From NCBI GenBank assembly GCA_031414595.1, contig JANNVX010000088.1, forward strand, positions 128,001 through 192,000: a stretch of DNA of 64,000 nt. The letters run 5' to 3'. The position numbers and the translations under genes are program-made. The notes under the pieces were generated by a model, which saw only the letters and a list, made by a program, of their open reading frames with translations, did not search any database and was not told where the DNA came from. This DNA comes from Deinococcales bacterium. Its GTDB lineage: Bacteria > Deinococcota > Deinococci > Deinococcales > JAAFIG01. Below are positions 29,817 to 42,107 of the stretch, piece by piece. Positions within the stretch are counted from its first letter, which is position 1; every line of letters begins with the position of its first letter.

Positions 29817-30980
29817 TTACTCGAGTGCTGCCACACCGGGCAAGATTTTCCCCTCGAGCAATTCAAGGCTTGCGCCGCCACCCGTGGAGATATGGTCTAT
29901 TTTATTGGCATAGCCCGTTTCGTTAATTGCCGCTACACTGTCGCCGCCACCAACCACCGTAAAGGCATTCTGGATTTTAGCCAAGGCTGCTGCTACCGCA
30001 TTTGTACCACTGGCGAAAGCTGGAAATTCAAAGACCCCCATTGGTCCGTTCCAAAAAACCGTTTGGGCATTCTCTAGCGCCGCAGCAAAGACTTTTTGGC
30101 TTTCAGGTCCAATATCCATGCCTTCCCAATCGTCGGGTATGGCATTGGTGGCAAAAATCTGCGTGTTTGCGTCTGCCGCAAATTTATCGCCTGCCAAGGT
30201 ATCGGACGGCAACACAATTTTAGAGCCGAACTGCTCGAGTAAGCGCTTGGCAGTCTCCAAAAAATCATCTTCATGGATGCTCTTGCCGATTTTGCCACCC
30301 ATGGCTTTGACAAAGGTGTACGCCATGCCCCCACCAATCAGCATTTTATCCACTTTGGGCAGCAGGTTCTCGATGACTTTGAGTTTATCCGAAACCTTTG
30401 CTCCGCCAATAATCACCACATAAGGTGAAACAGGATGCTCGAGCAGTTTGGTTAATTGCACCATTTCTTTCTCGAGCAGTAAACCTGCCGCATGAGGAAG
30501 CAACCCAGCCACACCAGAAACACTTGAATGCGCCCGATGAGCGCTTCCAAAAGCATCTAGTACAAAGGCATCACCAAGCGCAGCTAGTGCTGAATTTAGA
30601 GTCGCATCATTTTTTTCTTCGCCAGTTTCAAAACGCACATTCTCGAGTAGTGCCACCTGTCCAGCTTGTAAATCCGACAAGGCTTGGACGGTCTCAGGGC
30701 TGGCAGGAGTTGACCGAACATACAAGACACTCTTGCCTAATGCCTTCTCGAGAACTGGAACAACAGGTGCAAGTCGGTATTTTTCATCCACACCTTTAGG
30801 ACGACCAAAATGCGACATTAAAATAACGGCTGCGCCACGCTCAAGCAGCCAATTGATGGTCTCGAGACTGGCTGTAATTCGCGTGTCATCTGATACCACA
30901 CCGTTATCAACTGGTACATTGTAATCTACACGCACCAAAACACGTTTACCAGCCACTTCTAAAGAATTTAGGGTTTTCAT
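29817..30980 (-). CDS. pgk: phosphoglycerate kinase
   Basis: [44 protein letters not shown]. Confidence 0.97.
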   Translation of the reverse strand: MKTLNSLEVAGKRVLVRVDYNVPVDNGVVSDDTRITASLETINWLLERGAAVILMSHFGRPKGVDEKYRLAPVVPVLEKALGKSVLYVRSTPASPETVQALSDLQAGQVALLENVRFETGEEKNDATLNSALAALGDAFVLDAFGSAHRAHSSVSGVAGLLPHAAGLLLEKEMVQLTKLLEHPVSPYVVIIGGAKVSDKLKVIENLLPKVDKMLIGGGMAYTFVKAMGGKIGKSIHEDDFLETAKRLLEQFGSKIVLPSDTLAGDKFAADANTQIFATNAIPDDWEGMDIGPESQKVFAAALENAQTVFWNGPMGVFEFPAFASGTNAVAAALAKIQNAFTVVGGGDSVAAINETGYANKIDHISTGGGASLELLEGKILPGVAALE

Positions 30981-30990
30981 AAATAGCTCC

Positions 30991-31105
30991 TAGTTTTTAG
31001 CTGTTAGCTTCTAGTTCATTAGGTTTTTGAAGAAGTCTTAAAGATACAGTTTGTATAATCCAAAAACCTTTCGAGCTAACAGCTAGAAACTAGAAGCTAA
31101 CAGCT
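30991..31105. repeat. inverted-repeat element built from 7-nt units in gap-pgk spacer
   Basis: AGCTGTTAGCTTCTAGTT (30999-31016) / AACTAGAAGCTAACAGCT (31088-31105) perfect 18-bp IR plus inner AGGTTTTTG/CAAAAACCT. Confidence 0.75.
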
Positions 31106-31107
31106 TA

Positions 31108-32235
<1,128 letters not shown>

Positions 32236-33318
32236 TCACGCTTCGAATTCGTTTGCAATGGTTGGTGGTACAACCAGCACACTCAGCACCAAACCCGTAA
32301 AAGCCGCCATAACCATTGTCCCAGTCCAGAATTCAAGCTCAAGCGCTATGCCTTCGCGTAAGTGGCGCACCAGAAAATGCCCACCCCAAATAATAATTGG
32401 TAGCACTACTGCTAAAGCGCGAAACTCGAGAACCCGTTTGCAAGACGGTTTGTATAGCGCGACAAAACCATCGGCGAATAAACCCGCTACTGCCATGGCA
32501 AAAACAGCTTGCCAATTGACTGAACCACCAATCACGGTCATGCCAATGGTGTTTAGTGTAAACAGTAAAGTAAACGCCCCAAAAGGAGTTTTCCAACGTC
32601 GGAGTAGCAGTAAAACAGGTGTGAGGAGAATAACGTTGCTAAACAATATCCCCATGTTGGCAAAATTAGAAGCGATGTTAAAGGTTGTACTTCCTCGAAT
32701 TCCACCAATCCAATTCATATAATTATTTCCATCTGGCACATTGGTTAAACCCCAAGCGTGCAGTTGAAAAAAAGTAGCAAAGGAAAAAGCTGCTAAACTG
32801 CTCAGTAACACAGGTAGAAACTCGAGGAATTTGGGGGCATACCCAAGAGTTGCCCATCCTGAACGTAACGGACTTGTGACCAACAATGTGCCACCACATA
32901 GCAGCAGCAAATGACTTGGCGAGAGCAGCGCTGCATTGCCAACTTCGATACCAAAAACCGAATGCCAAATCATGTCGCTAATGCCACCAAGTCCAAAAAT
33001 AGCAATGCCAAGTAATCCCAGTTCGTACCCAATCGGGATAGCCGCAAAACTGGTTCGTCCTAGGCGGATTTGCTTAAAAACCAACCACATTGTCCAAAGT
33101 GCCGAAACAGAAAAGCCAGCGTATAAAATCGCGTGCCAAGGTGTAAAGAAACTTTCGATTGTGCCACGCAGATTGCTATGGGCAAAACCATCAATAAAAA
33201 CCCCAGTGATTAACCAAAGTCCTAATCCAATGGTGATCAGGTTTTCGTTCCAACTTGCTTGGGCGCGACCTAGGGGCATGGCTCGAGAAGAGGCAGGAAT
33301 GTTAGCGTTAGCGTTCAT
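32236..33318 (-). CDS. polytopic membrane protein of unknown function
   Basis: About 9-10 hydrophobic helices; DGFAH, FFTPWH, DMIWH, LLSPSH motifs. Confidence 0.8.
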   Translation of the reverse strand: MNANANIPASSRAMPLGRAQASWNENLITIGLGLWLITGVFIDGFAHSNLRGTIESFFTPWHAILYAGFSVSALWTMWLVFKQIRLGRTSFAAIPIGYELGLLGIAIFGLGGISDMIWHSVFGIEVGNAALLSPSHLLLLCGGTLLVTSPLRSGWATLGYAPKFLEFLPVLLSSLAAFSFATFFQLHAWGLTNVPDGNNYMNWIGGIRGSTTFNIASNFANMGILFSNVILLTPVLLLLRRWKTPFGAFTLLFTLNTIGMTVIGGSVNWQAVFAMAVAGLFADGFVALYKPSCKRVLEFRALAVVLPIIIWGGHFLVRHLREGIALELEFWTGTMVMAAFTGLVLSVLVVPPTIANEFEA

Positions 33319-33383
33319 AAGACAATGTACTCGAGAATCGAGTTTCAGTGTTAAATCCGTTTATGTTTTTATATACCTAAGAA

Positions 33384-33410
33384 AAAACTCGAGAAGCTGC
33401 CTCGAGTTTT
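33384..33410 (-). terminator. hairpin terminator with CTCGAG stem
   Basis: AAAACTCGAG-aagctgc-CTCGAGTTTT. Confidence 0.6.
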
Positions 33411-33452
33411 CAAAAAGCCTTGTATATGGCTTTTAATTGGCTACACCAAGAA

Positions 33453-33719
33453 CTATTCTTTGGTTTTGAATAATCCAAGGGTTTGAGCGCCAAAAACAAT
33501 TCCAGCCCCAGCTGCCGCCACAATTGCAATCTGTCCAATCAGCGCCAGTAAACTGGCAATAATTGGGGCAAGTAGCGCATTGGCAAGCACGCCAGCTACT
33601 GCGCCGCCAACCACGGCAATACCAAGGTGTTGTGGCTTAGAGAGTTTAAGTTGCAATATCGCAAGGGCAATTCCTGCACCTGCACCGATGAGAAGAGCTA
33701 AAACTAAGGGTAAATTCAT
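33453..33719 (-). CDS. small membrane protein (GlsB/YeaQ-like)
   Basis: AGGAGG RBS; three Gly/Ala-rich hydrophobic segments. Confidence 0.75.
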   Translation of the reverse strand: MNLPLVLALLIGAGAGIALAILQLKLSKPQHLGIAVVGGAVAGVLANALLAPIIASLLALIGQIAIVAAAGAGIVFGAQTLGLFKTKE

Positions 33720-33813
33720 AAGAAACCTCCTATTTACAGTACGTTGTTTTTGGTGAGAAAGTTCCAAGTTCTGGATACTTTCTTTTGTTAGCATACCCCG
33801 TTAGTCTAATGCC

Positions 33814-35516
<1,703 letters not shown>

Positions 35517-35681
35517 TTAAAAATAGGGGAGGCGTGACCCGTAAAGCTCTAAGTCCTGAGCTATGAAAGGCTTCCCCAAAGCCTCGGTAAGGGTATTGTG
35601 ACATCAAACTGCCAAAATGGGCTAGACTGTCGTTATCTATTTTCGTAACCGCCAAAAGCGGTTGACCTTGCAAGGGGGAAT

Positions 35682-38351
35682 ATGCCCGTACTATCAATTG
35701 GAGACCGTCGCCTCGGAGCAATACTTTTACAACTTGGGTATGTATCAGACACAGACTTACAACGTGCTTTGGAAAAACACGCCGAACTCGGTGGTCGTTT
35801 AGCCGATATTTTGATCGACAATGGGATTGTCAATGAACGACGAATTGCCAGAGCCATCGAAGATGAACTTGGGTATCCTTTGGTCAATTTGGTGCTGCTC
35901 GAGCCAGAACCAGAAGTAACCGCCTTAATAGACGGCAATAAAGCCCAAGAACTGATGGCGTTTCCCTTTAAGTTCGAGAATGGCAAATTGCGGGTCGCCT
36001 TTGTTGACCCACTGAACACCATGGCAATAGAAGCCATCGAAGATGCCACAAATTGTGTTGTAGACCCGCACCAAGCCCTGCGTGACCATATTAAATGGGC
36101 GATTGCCACCTATTACCCCGAATTGGGTTTGGATATTCCAGAACTCGGTAAGTTGTCCAGCCCCGAAGAAGAACGGCTTGGCAATCGTTTGGCGCGTAAA
36201 GGGGTCATCACCGATGGGCAACTCGAGGAAGCTCTGGCGCTCCAAGAGCCAAATGGCGAACCGATAGGCAAAATTTTGGTGCGCTTAGGCTACTTACCCG
36301 AAGTCGAATTGTTTCGGGTGCTTGCCGAACAAGCCAATGCGCCGTTTATTGAAGATAGTATTTCCTTGGCTGTGCCAGAAGAAGTCTCGAGTTTACTGCT
36401 GCGTACCGATGCAGTGCGTTTTCAAGCCGTGCCAATCAGCGATGATGGCGTGACAATCACCATTGTTTGCCCTGAGCCAAAACGCCAACCAGACATTCAA
36501 GCCTTGTTCAAAAAACAAGTGCGAATTTCAATGATGGCACCTACCCAAGTCGAAGCCTTGATTGACCGTATCTATGTGTTCAAAGGGCAGGTAGGTACAA
36601 CTTTAATCATAGATGGTAAAATTAACCGTGAACAACTTGCCGAAGCGCTTAAAATCCAACGCAAAGAGGGGAAGTCCAAACCGCTTGGTGAAGTCCTTGT
36701 AGAACTCGGCTATGCCAGTTCCGATGAAGTAGACCGCGCCCTTGCCAAGCAAAAAACGGGTGGTGGTCGTCTCGAGGATACGCTGGTGCAGTCTGGCAAA
36801 CTCTCCCCAGAAATGCTGGCGAAGTCCTTGGCAGTGCAATTGGGCTATGAATTTGTCAATCCCGGGCAAGATGCCCCAGACCCCGGAGTGATTACCTTAA
36901 TCCCCGAAAATCAAGCGCGGCGTTATACACTTTTTCCTTATAAGATGCAGGGCAATGCACTGCAAGTTTTAATGAAAGACCCACGCAATGTCTTTGCCAT
37001 AGACGACTTAAAACTGATGACTGGGCGCGAGATTATTCCCGTCGTCGCCATCGAAGGCGATATTCAAAAACTGATTGACCGAGCGTATGGTGCAAGCGGA
37101 ATAAACGCCGATGAGTTAAATAAAGAACTGGCAGCCCTTGGTTCTGGTAGCAGTGGCAAAGTCGAAGAAATAGACTCGAGTTTAGACGATAACGCTGTGG
37201 TTCGCACGGTTGATCATGTCATCCGTGAAGCGATTCTGGCAGAGGCTTCGGATATTCACATCGAACCCACCCCAGACTTGGTGCGGGTTCGTTTTCGCAT
37301 AGACGGTTCGCTCAAAGAAATCACCACCCTGCCGAGGGCGAGTGCCAACAGTATTGCCGCCCGTATCAAAATCATGGGCGGCTTGGATATTGCTGAACGC
37401 CGCGTACCCCAAGATGGTCGGGTTAGTTTTAAGTCTAAAGGCATCAACTGCGATTTGCGTCTTTCTACCCTTCCCGTCAAATACGGTGAAAAAATTGTCA
37501 TGCGTGTGCTGCAAAAAGCTACCAACATTCCAGAAATCGAGGATTTGGGTTTCTCAGATTATAACTTAGAACGCTACAAAGACCTGATTCAAATCCCTTA
37601 CGGAATCTTTTTAATTACTGGTCCGACAGGTTCTGGTAAGTCCTACACGACCTTCTCGAGCCTAAAACGAATTGCTACCCCAGATATTAATGTCACCACC
37701 ATTGAAGACCCTATCGAATACGAAATTCCAGGCTTAAACCAATCACAAGTCAATAATGCGGCGGGTATGACTTTTGCGCGGGCGCTTAGGTCTTTTTTGC
37801 GGCAAGACCCAGACGTTATTATGGTCGGCGAAATCCGTGACACTGAAACCGCTAAAATTGCGGTTGAAGCTGCCCTGACAGGACATTTGGTGGTCGGAAC
37901 ACTCCACACCAATGATGCGGCTGGTGCAATTACTCGTCTCGAGGAAATGGGAGTAGAACTTTTCAATGTTTCGGCTTCCTTAGTTGGGGTACTAGCTCAG
38001 CGTTTAGTGCGTAAAGTCTGCAAAGACTGCAAACAAGAACTGCCCGCCGACCCTGAAGTGCTACGCCGCCTCGGAGTCAGTGAGGAGCAAGTGGTCGGAC
38101 GTACCATCGTTAAAGGTTTGGGCTGCAACAAATGCAGTGATACAGGTTATAAAGGTCGTATGGCAATCCACGAATTGATGGTGGTGGACGATCATGTTCG
38201 CAAGGCAATCATTGAACATAAAACTTCGACTGAAATCAGACAAATTGCCAGAGAAAAAGCTGGGCTTGTGACCTTAATGGAAGATGGTCTCGAAAAAGCC
38301 CTGCAAGGTAAAACCACGCTTGAGGAAATCGCCAGCGCAATCTCTGACTAA
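35682..38351 (+). CDS. pilB: type IV pilus assembly ATPase (PilB/Thermus PilF-type) with multiple MshEN/GSPII-N domains
   Basis: Repeated RLGxxLxxxG motifs, GPTGSGKS, RQDPDVIMVGEIRD, CxxC..CxxC zinc site. Confidence 0.95.
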   Translation: MPVLSIGDRRLGAILLQLGYVSDTDLQRALEKHAELGGRLADILIDNGIVNERRIARAIEDELGYPLVNLVLLEPEPEVTALIDGNKAQELMAFPFKFENGKLRVAFVDPLNTMAIEAIEDATNCVVDPHQALRDHIKWAIATYYPELGLDIPELGKLSSPEEERLGNRLARKGVITDGQLEEALALQEPNGEPIGKILVRLGYLPEVELFRVLAEQANAPFIEDSISLAVPEEVSSLLLRTDAVRFQAVPISDDGVTITIVCPEPKRQPDIQALFKKQVRISMMAPTQVEALIDRIYVFKGQVGTTLIIDGKINREQLAEALKIQRKEGKSKPLGEVLVELGYASSDEVDRALAKQKTGGGRLEDTLVQSGKLSPEMLAKSLAVQLGYEFVNPGQDAPDPGVITLIPENQARRYTLFPYKMQGNALQVLMKDPRNVFAIDDLKLMTGREIIPVVAIEGDIQKLIDRAYGASGINADELNKELAALGSGSSGKVEEIDSSLDDNAVVRTVDHVIREAILAEASDIHIEPTPDLVRVRFRIDGSLKEITTLPRASANSIAARIKIMGGLDIAERRVPQDGRVSFKSKGINCDLRLSTLPVKYGEKIVMRVLQKATNIPEIEDLGFSDYNLERYKDLIQIPYGIFLITGPTGSGKSYTTFSSLKRIATPDINVTTIEDPIEYEIPGLNQSQVNNAAGMTFARALRSFLRQDPDVIMVGEIRDTETAKIAVEAALTGHLVVGTLHTNDAAGAITRLEEMGVELFNVSASLVGVLAQRLVRKVCKDCKQELPADPEVLRRLGVSEEQVVGRTIVKGLGCNKCSDTGYKGRMAIHELMVVDDHVRKAIIEHKTSTEIRQIAREKAGLVTLMEDGLEKALQGKTTLEEIASAISD

Positions 38352-38360
38352 GTTCAGGTG

Positions 38361-38389
38361 AATCCACCAGTCAAACTGGTGGATTTTTT
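38361..38389 (+). terminator. intrinsic terminator
   Basis: AATCCACCAGT-caa-ACTGGTGGATT followed by T run. Confidence 0.9.
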
Positions 38390-38423
38390 ATGCCCGAAAT
38401 TACGGTAGACTGATACTGGGAAT

Positions 38424-41279
38424 ATGACAGCCACCGCCGTCACAACTGTTCATTTGTCAACTTTAGGGCAACACCGTCTCGAGGGTCGTTCATTTACTCG
38501 CCCAAAAGCCGTGGCGTTTTTGACCTACTTACTGTTTGAAGGTCGGCAAAATCGGCATTTTCTGGCAGATTTTTTCTGGCAAGATGCCGAAGACCCAATG
38601 AATAGCCTACGCAATCAAATTTTTCAGCTTAAACCTTTTGTCGCAGATGCCCTAGTAACCTCACGGCAAAGCATCGAATTTATTGGAACTTGTGATGCCC
38701 TCGAGCTACTGCATTTACTCGAACTGGGGCAATTAGAAGCAGCCATAGCACTTTATCAAGGCGAATTTCTAGCTGGTTTTGAAGCACCGGACAACATCGA
38801 ACTGGCTGCATGGCTCAAAACCACCCGCCAATTTATTAAACGCCAAGTTCTCGAGGCTTATTTACAACTCTGCGAAAAGGCTTTAGCGCAAAAAAACCTT
38901 GACCAGATAGAGCCATACCTCGAGCAAGCCCAGAATGTACTGAATTTGGGCAGCACCGACTTAAAATCGTGGTTTACCCGACGAGTTGAGGACTTACAAA
39001 GTCGTATCCAAGAACAACAAAAACAAGTTACCCCCCATAATTTAATACCTTCCAGCAGCGAATTTATTGGACGAAGCCAAGAAATCAGTACAATTTTAAT
39101 CAATTTTCAAAATCAAGCCCAGTTGCTAACCCTGTTTGGCTTTGGCGGCATTGGCAAAACTACGCTTGCGCTCGAGACTGCCCGAACTGCTTTGCAGACC
39201 CAACAATACTTAGACGGTATTTACTTTATTGCCTTAGAAACAGCCCAAACCGAAAACGATTTACTGGCTCGAGTCGTCACGACCCTAGAAATAACTTTAC
39301 AAACCAGTCAGCCGATGCTTGAGCAGATTAAAACCTTTATTGGCGTTAAATCCATGTTGCTGGTTTTAGACAATTTCGAGCAACTGACCGAACAAACCCA
39401 CTTAATCGCCGAATTACTCGAGAACAGCCCAAATCTGCGTGTACTTTGCACCAGCCGTGAAGTGCTTGGCTTACAAGCCGAACATGTCTACCCGATTTCT
39501 GGACTCGAGACTACAAATATCAGTAGTGGCGCAGTGCAACTCTTTACCACTCGAGCCGCCGAAGAGTTTTCGAGCCAAGAACTTGAAATTATTTTAGAGA
39601 TTGTCCGAGTCTTACAAGGTATCCCATTAGCCATAGAACTGGCAGTCCCACAATTAAAGACTTTTAGTTTGCTCGAGTTACAAGCTGCCTTGCAAAAAAG
39701 CATGGATGCCCTACAAAGCCAAACCACCGAACTACCCGAGCGTCAACGCAGCATCCGAGCCGTGTTTTTACATTCATGGGCATTACTGAGCCAAGCCGAA
39801 CGCCAAGGCTTACAGCGCATGGCAGTTTTTAAGAACGGCGCAAACCGCCATGCGCTCTTAACCATAGCCCAAATTAGTCTATCGCAGATTGCCAATTTAA
39901 TAGATAAATCCTTTGTGCAACGGGCTGGACAACAACGGTACACGATTCATCCGCTTATTCTCGAGTACACTTTGGAGCTACTACAAGCCGACTCGGAATT
40001 TGCACCGATGCTAGGTAAGCACGCGTTTTTTTACCTAGACCAAATTGGCAACGAATTACCAAAAATTAGGGGAGCAGAAGCGGCGGCTGTGATGCAGAAA
40101 ATAGAAACTGATTTTGACAACCTAAAAGCAGCTTGGGCATGGGCGCTCGAGAATAAGGATTTTCCTCGAATAGCGGCACTCGAGGAAATGGTGGTCTACT
40201 TTGACCAGAAAGCACTTTTTTTTCAGGGGATAGAGTTTTTTGAAGAAGCGAATAGCAAACTTAAAGATGTTGTAAACCAGCCGTTGATGCTAAGTGGAAT
40301 AGCCATTGGAATTGCTTGGTTAAATTACCGTTTGGGGAACGCTGAGAAAGCAAAAATGTATGCAGAGTGTGCAGTTGAGTGTGCTAAAAGCGAGCTAATT
40401 TTAGGAAAAAATAATCTATCAAAAGCGTTCAATATTTTAGGAAGTATTGCATCATTAGATTATGAACACACAGCAGCATTGAATTATTTTAATGAAGCGG
40501 TTCGATATTGTGACTCTGATAATCTTAAAATTAGGAAAGTGACGCTTCTTTTAAGGATAGCAGGAATTTACCGAGAACTCGAGGATTTTGAAGGGTTTTG
40601 GGAAGTTTGGGAGTCTGCTTATGCAATAAATCAAGAATTGAATCTCGATACTTTAAGAGTTTTAGTGACCATACAAAAAGCAAACTTCATACTTTACTAT
40701 GTTTCAAAAGAAGAAATTATAAAATTTATACCTGAAATGATCGAAGTTTATAATCTAACTCGAAGTAGTTCTGTTAATGGTCAACCTTATTTTGAAGTTT
40801 TAATTTGCCAGTGTTATTTAGCTGTCAAAGATTTGAAAAATGCGGAATTCTGGCTTCAAAAGTTCATCCTAAGAGATACGTCTCAAATGAATCACCAGCT
40901 CAACTTTTTCTCGCAATCACTATTCGGAAAAATTGAAATACTGAAAGGGAATCGTAAAAATGCCAAAGACATATTGATCAACATTTTCTTTGTTCCCTTT
41001 GAAAGACACAATATTTTAACATTCTTTATGACTTCGGTTAGCTTAGTTGACTTACTCCCAGAGGTTTATAGCAACGATTTTCGGGATTTAGTAAAACTGG
41101 TCATCACTCATAAAGCGATGACCAGTCAGAAGATTTTAGTTAAGCAGTATTTGAAAGAAGAGTCTTTTGATGTGAGACTGGAATTACTTCAAGAGACTTC
41201 TGACCAGCAAATAGAATCTGCTCAACAGCGTATTATTGGTATGTTACGGACCACCGCCGTAGTTAGTAGGGTCAGCTAG
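38424..41279 (+). CDS. AfsR/SARP-like regulator: wHTH-BTAD, NB-ARC ATPase, TPR sensor
   Basis: 'LADFFW...NSLR', 'LYQGEFLAG', GFGGIGKT, LLVLDNFE, GIPLAIELA, HPLILEY, TPR C-terminus. Confidence 0.9.
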   Translation: MTATAVTTVHLSTLGQHRLEGRSFTRPKAVAFLTYLLFEGRQNRHFLADFFWQDAEDPMNSLRNQIFQLKPFVADALVTSRQSIEFIGTCDALELLHLLELGQLEAAIALYQGEFLAGFEAPDNIELAAWLKTTRQFIKRQVLEAYLQLCEKALAQKNLDQIEPYLEQAQNVLNLGSTDLKSWFTRRVEDLQSRIQEQQKQVTPHNLIPSSSEFIGRSQEISTILINFQNQAQLLTLFGFGGIGKTTLALETARTALQTQQYLDGIYFIALETAQTENDLLARVVTTLEITLQTSQPMLEQIKTFIGVKSMLLVLDNFEQLTEQTHLIAELLENSPNLRVLCTSREVLGLQAEHVYPISGLETTNISSGAVQLFTTRAAEEFSSQELEIILEIVRVLQGIPLAIELAVPQLKTFSLLELQAALQKSMDALQSQTTELPERQRSIRAVFLHSWALLSQAERQGLQRMAVFKNGANRHALLTIAQISLSQIANLIDKSFVQRAGQQRYTIHPLILEYTLELLQADSEFAPMLGKHAFFYLDQIGNELPKIRGAEAAAVMQKIETDFDNLKAAWAWALENKDFPRIAALEEMVVYFDQKALFFQGIEFFEEANSKLKDVVNQPLMLSGIAIGIAWLNYRLGNAEKAKMYAECAVECAKSELILGKNNLSKAFNILGSIASLDYEHTAALNYFNEAVRYCDSDNLKIRKVTLLLRIAGIYRELEDFEGFWEVWESAYAINQELNLDTLRVLVTIQKANFILYYVSKEEIIKFIPEMIEVYNLTRSSSVNGQPYFEVLICQCYLAVKDLKNAEFWLQKFILRDTSQMNHQLNFFSQSLFGKIEILKGNRKNAKDILINIFFVPFERHNILTFFMTSVSLVDLLPEVYSNDFRDLVKLVITHKAMTSQKILVKQYLKEESFDVRLELLQETSDQQIESAQQRIIGMLRTTAVVSRVS

Positions 41280-41384
41280 GGTGACTCCTAACAGGCTTGA
41301 AGCACCAAACATCAGAGCAAGCAAAGCTAAAGTAACAACCAAGGGCTTTGTGAGTTGCATGAGAACTAATTTTAAATTTTTCAT
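41244..41384 (-). CDS. 46-aa secreted prepeptide (signal peptide + DPTNYGGGP), not in ORF track
   Basis: AAGGAGGTG RBS then ATG; MKNLKLVLMQLTKPLVVTLALLALMFGASSLLGVTLA|DPTNYGGGP*. Confidence 0.8.
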   Translation of the reverse strand: MKNLKLVLMQLTKPLVVTLALLALMFGASSLLGVTLADPTNYGGGP

Positions 41385-41426
41385 AAACACCTCCTTCGGC
41401 TATACTTAGCCGAAGGAGGTGTTTAT
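41383..41426. promoter_or_regulatory. perfect 20-bp inverted repeat covering the prepeptide RBS
   Basis: ATAAACACCTCCTTCGGCTA-tact-TAGCCGAAGGAGGTGTTTAT. Confidence 0.8.
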
Positions 41427-41482
41427 TTGCAATCGTCGCGGCTTCTAAAACGTTTACTGTTTAACAGAGTAGGAAGAATAGA

Positions 41483-41935
41483 TTAGGGTCCACCACCAAA
41501 GTTTGTTGGATTACCAATATCATCACCCATTTTAGCAACAGGCAACTCGAGCAATTCGCCTTTCGCGTTGACCAATTCAAATTGCCCTTCAACTGGATTT
41601 GAAGTTCCAGCCGCTTCGCCCGGAATAACATACAGCCACCAGCCTTTGTAGACAATTTGTTGTTGGGCTTTGTCTGGGTTTCCGCCGCGTGTAATTGTGC
41701 TTAGGTCGCCTTGGTTCACGCCGCTTCCAGCTTTGGGTGTGCCAATTAATGGACTCCATTGCAAAATGAATTCCTGCATATAACCGGGGAATTGGTCGCC
41801 CCACGGGATGTACTTGTGGAATGGGTCGGTTTGCATTGGGCGGTACAAGTACACGGTTTGGTTTGTGCCAGTGACCAAGTGTGTGCCGTCACTCGAGACT
41901 TGGATAATGACTGTTTGGGCTGCTTCGTCTGCCAT
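41483..41935 (-). CDS. COG4315/Lipoprotein_15-like repeat protein without signal peptide, ending in NPTNFGGGP
   Basis: LV....TVYLY, W.PL...KAGSGV....L.TITR, Q.VYKGW.LY pattern; GAGGTG RBS. Confidence 0.7.
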   Translation of the reverse strand: MADEAAQTVIIQVSSDGTHLVTGTNQTVYLYRPMQTDPFHKYIPWGDQFPGYMQEFILQWSPLIGTPKAGSGVNQGDLSTITRGGNPDKAQQQIVYKGWWLYVIPGEAAGTSNPVEGQFELVNAKGELLELPVAKMGDDIGNPTNFGGGP

Positions 41936-42107
41936 GTTTCACCTCTGGGTTAGATTTTATTGCTTTTAGAGTCTATCAGAAATAGAACGGAAAACGGATT
42001 GCTCGAAGTGAACGAGGTTGCAAAATCACAAGAATAGATTCACAAACAACGTAATCGTGAATAAAATCACAAAATAGGCACTGCTTTTCTTGATATGCTT
42101 ACTAGCC

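Noticed and set aside
42022-42077. Repeated (A/T)TCACAA words upstream of the 150-aa gene
   Set aside because: Irregular spacing, not the 11-bp period expected for a SARP site; could be chance in AT-rich DNA.
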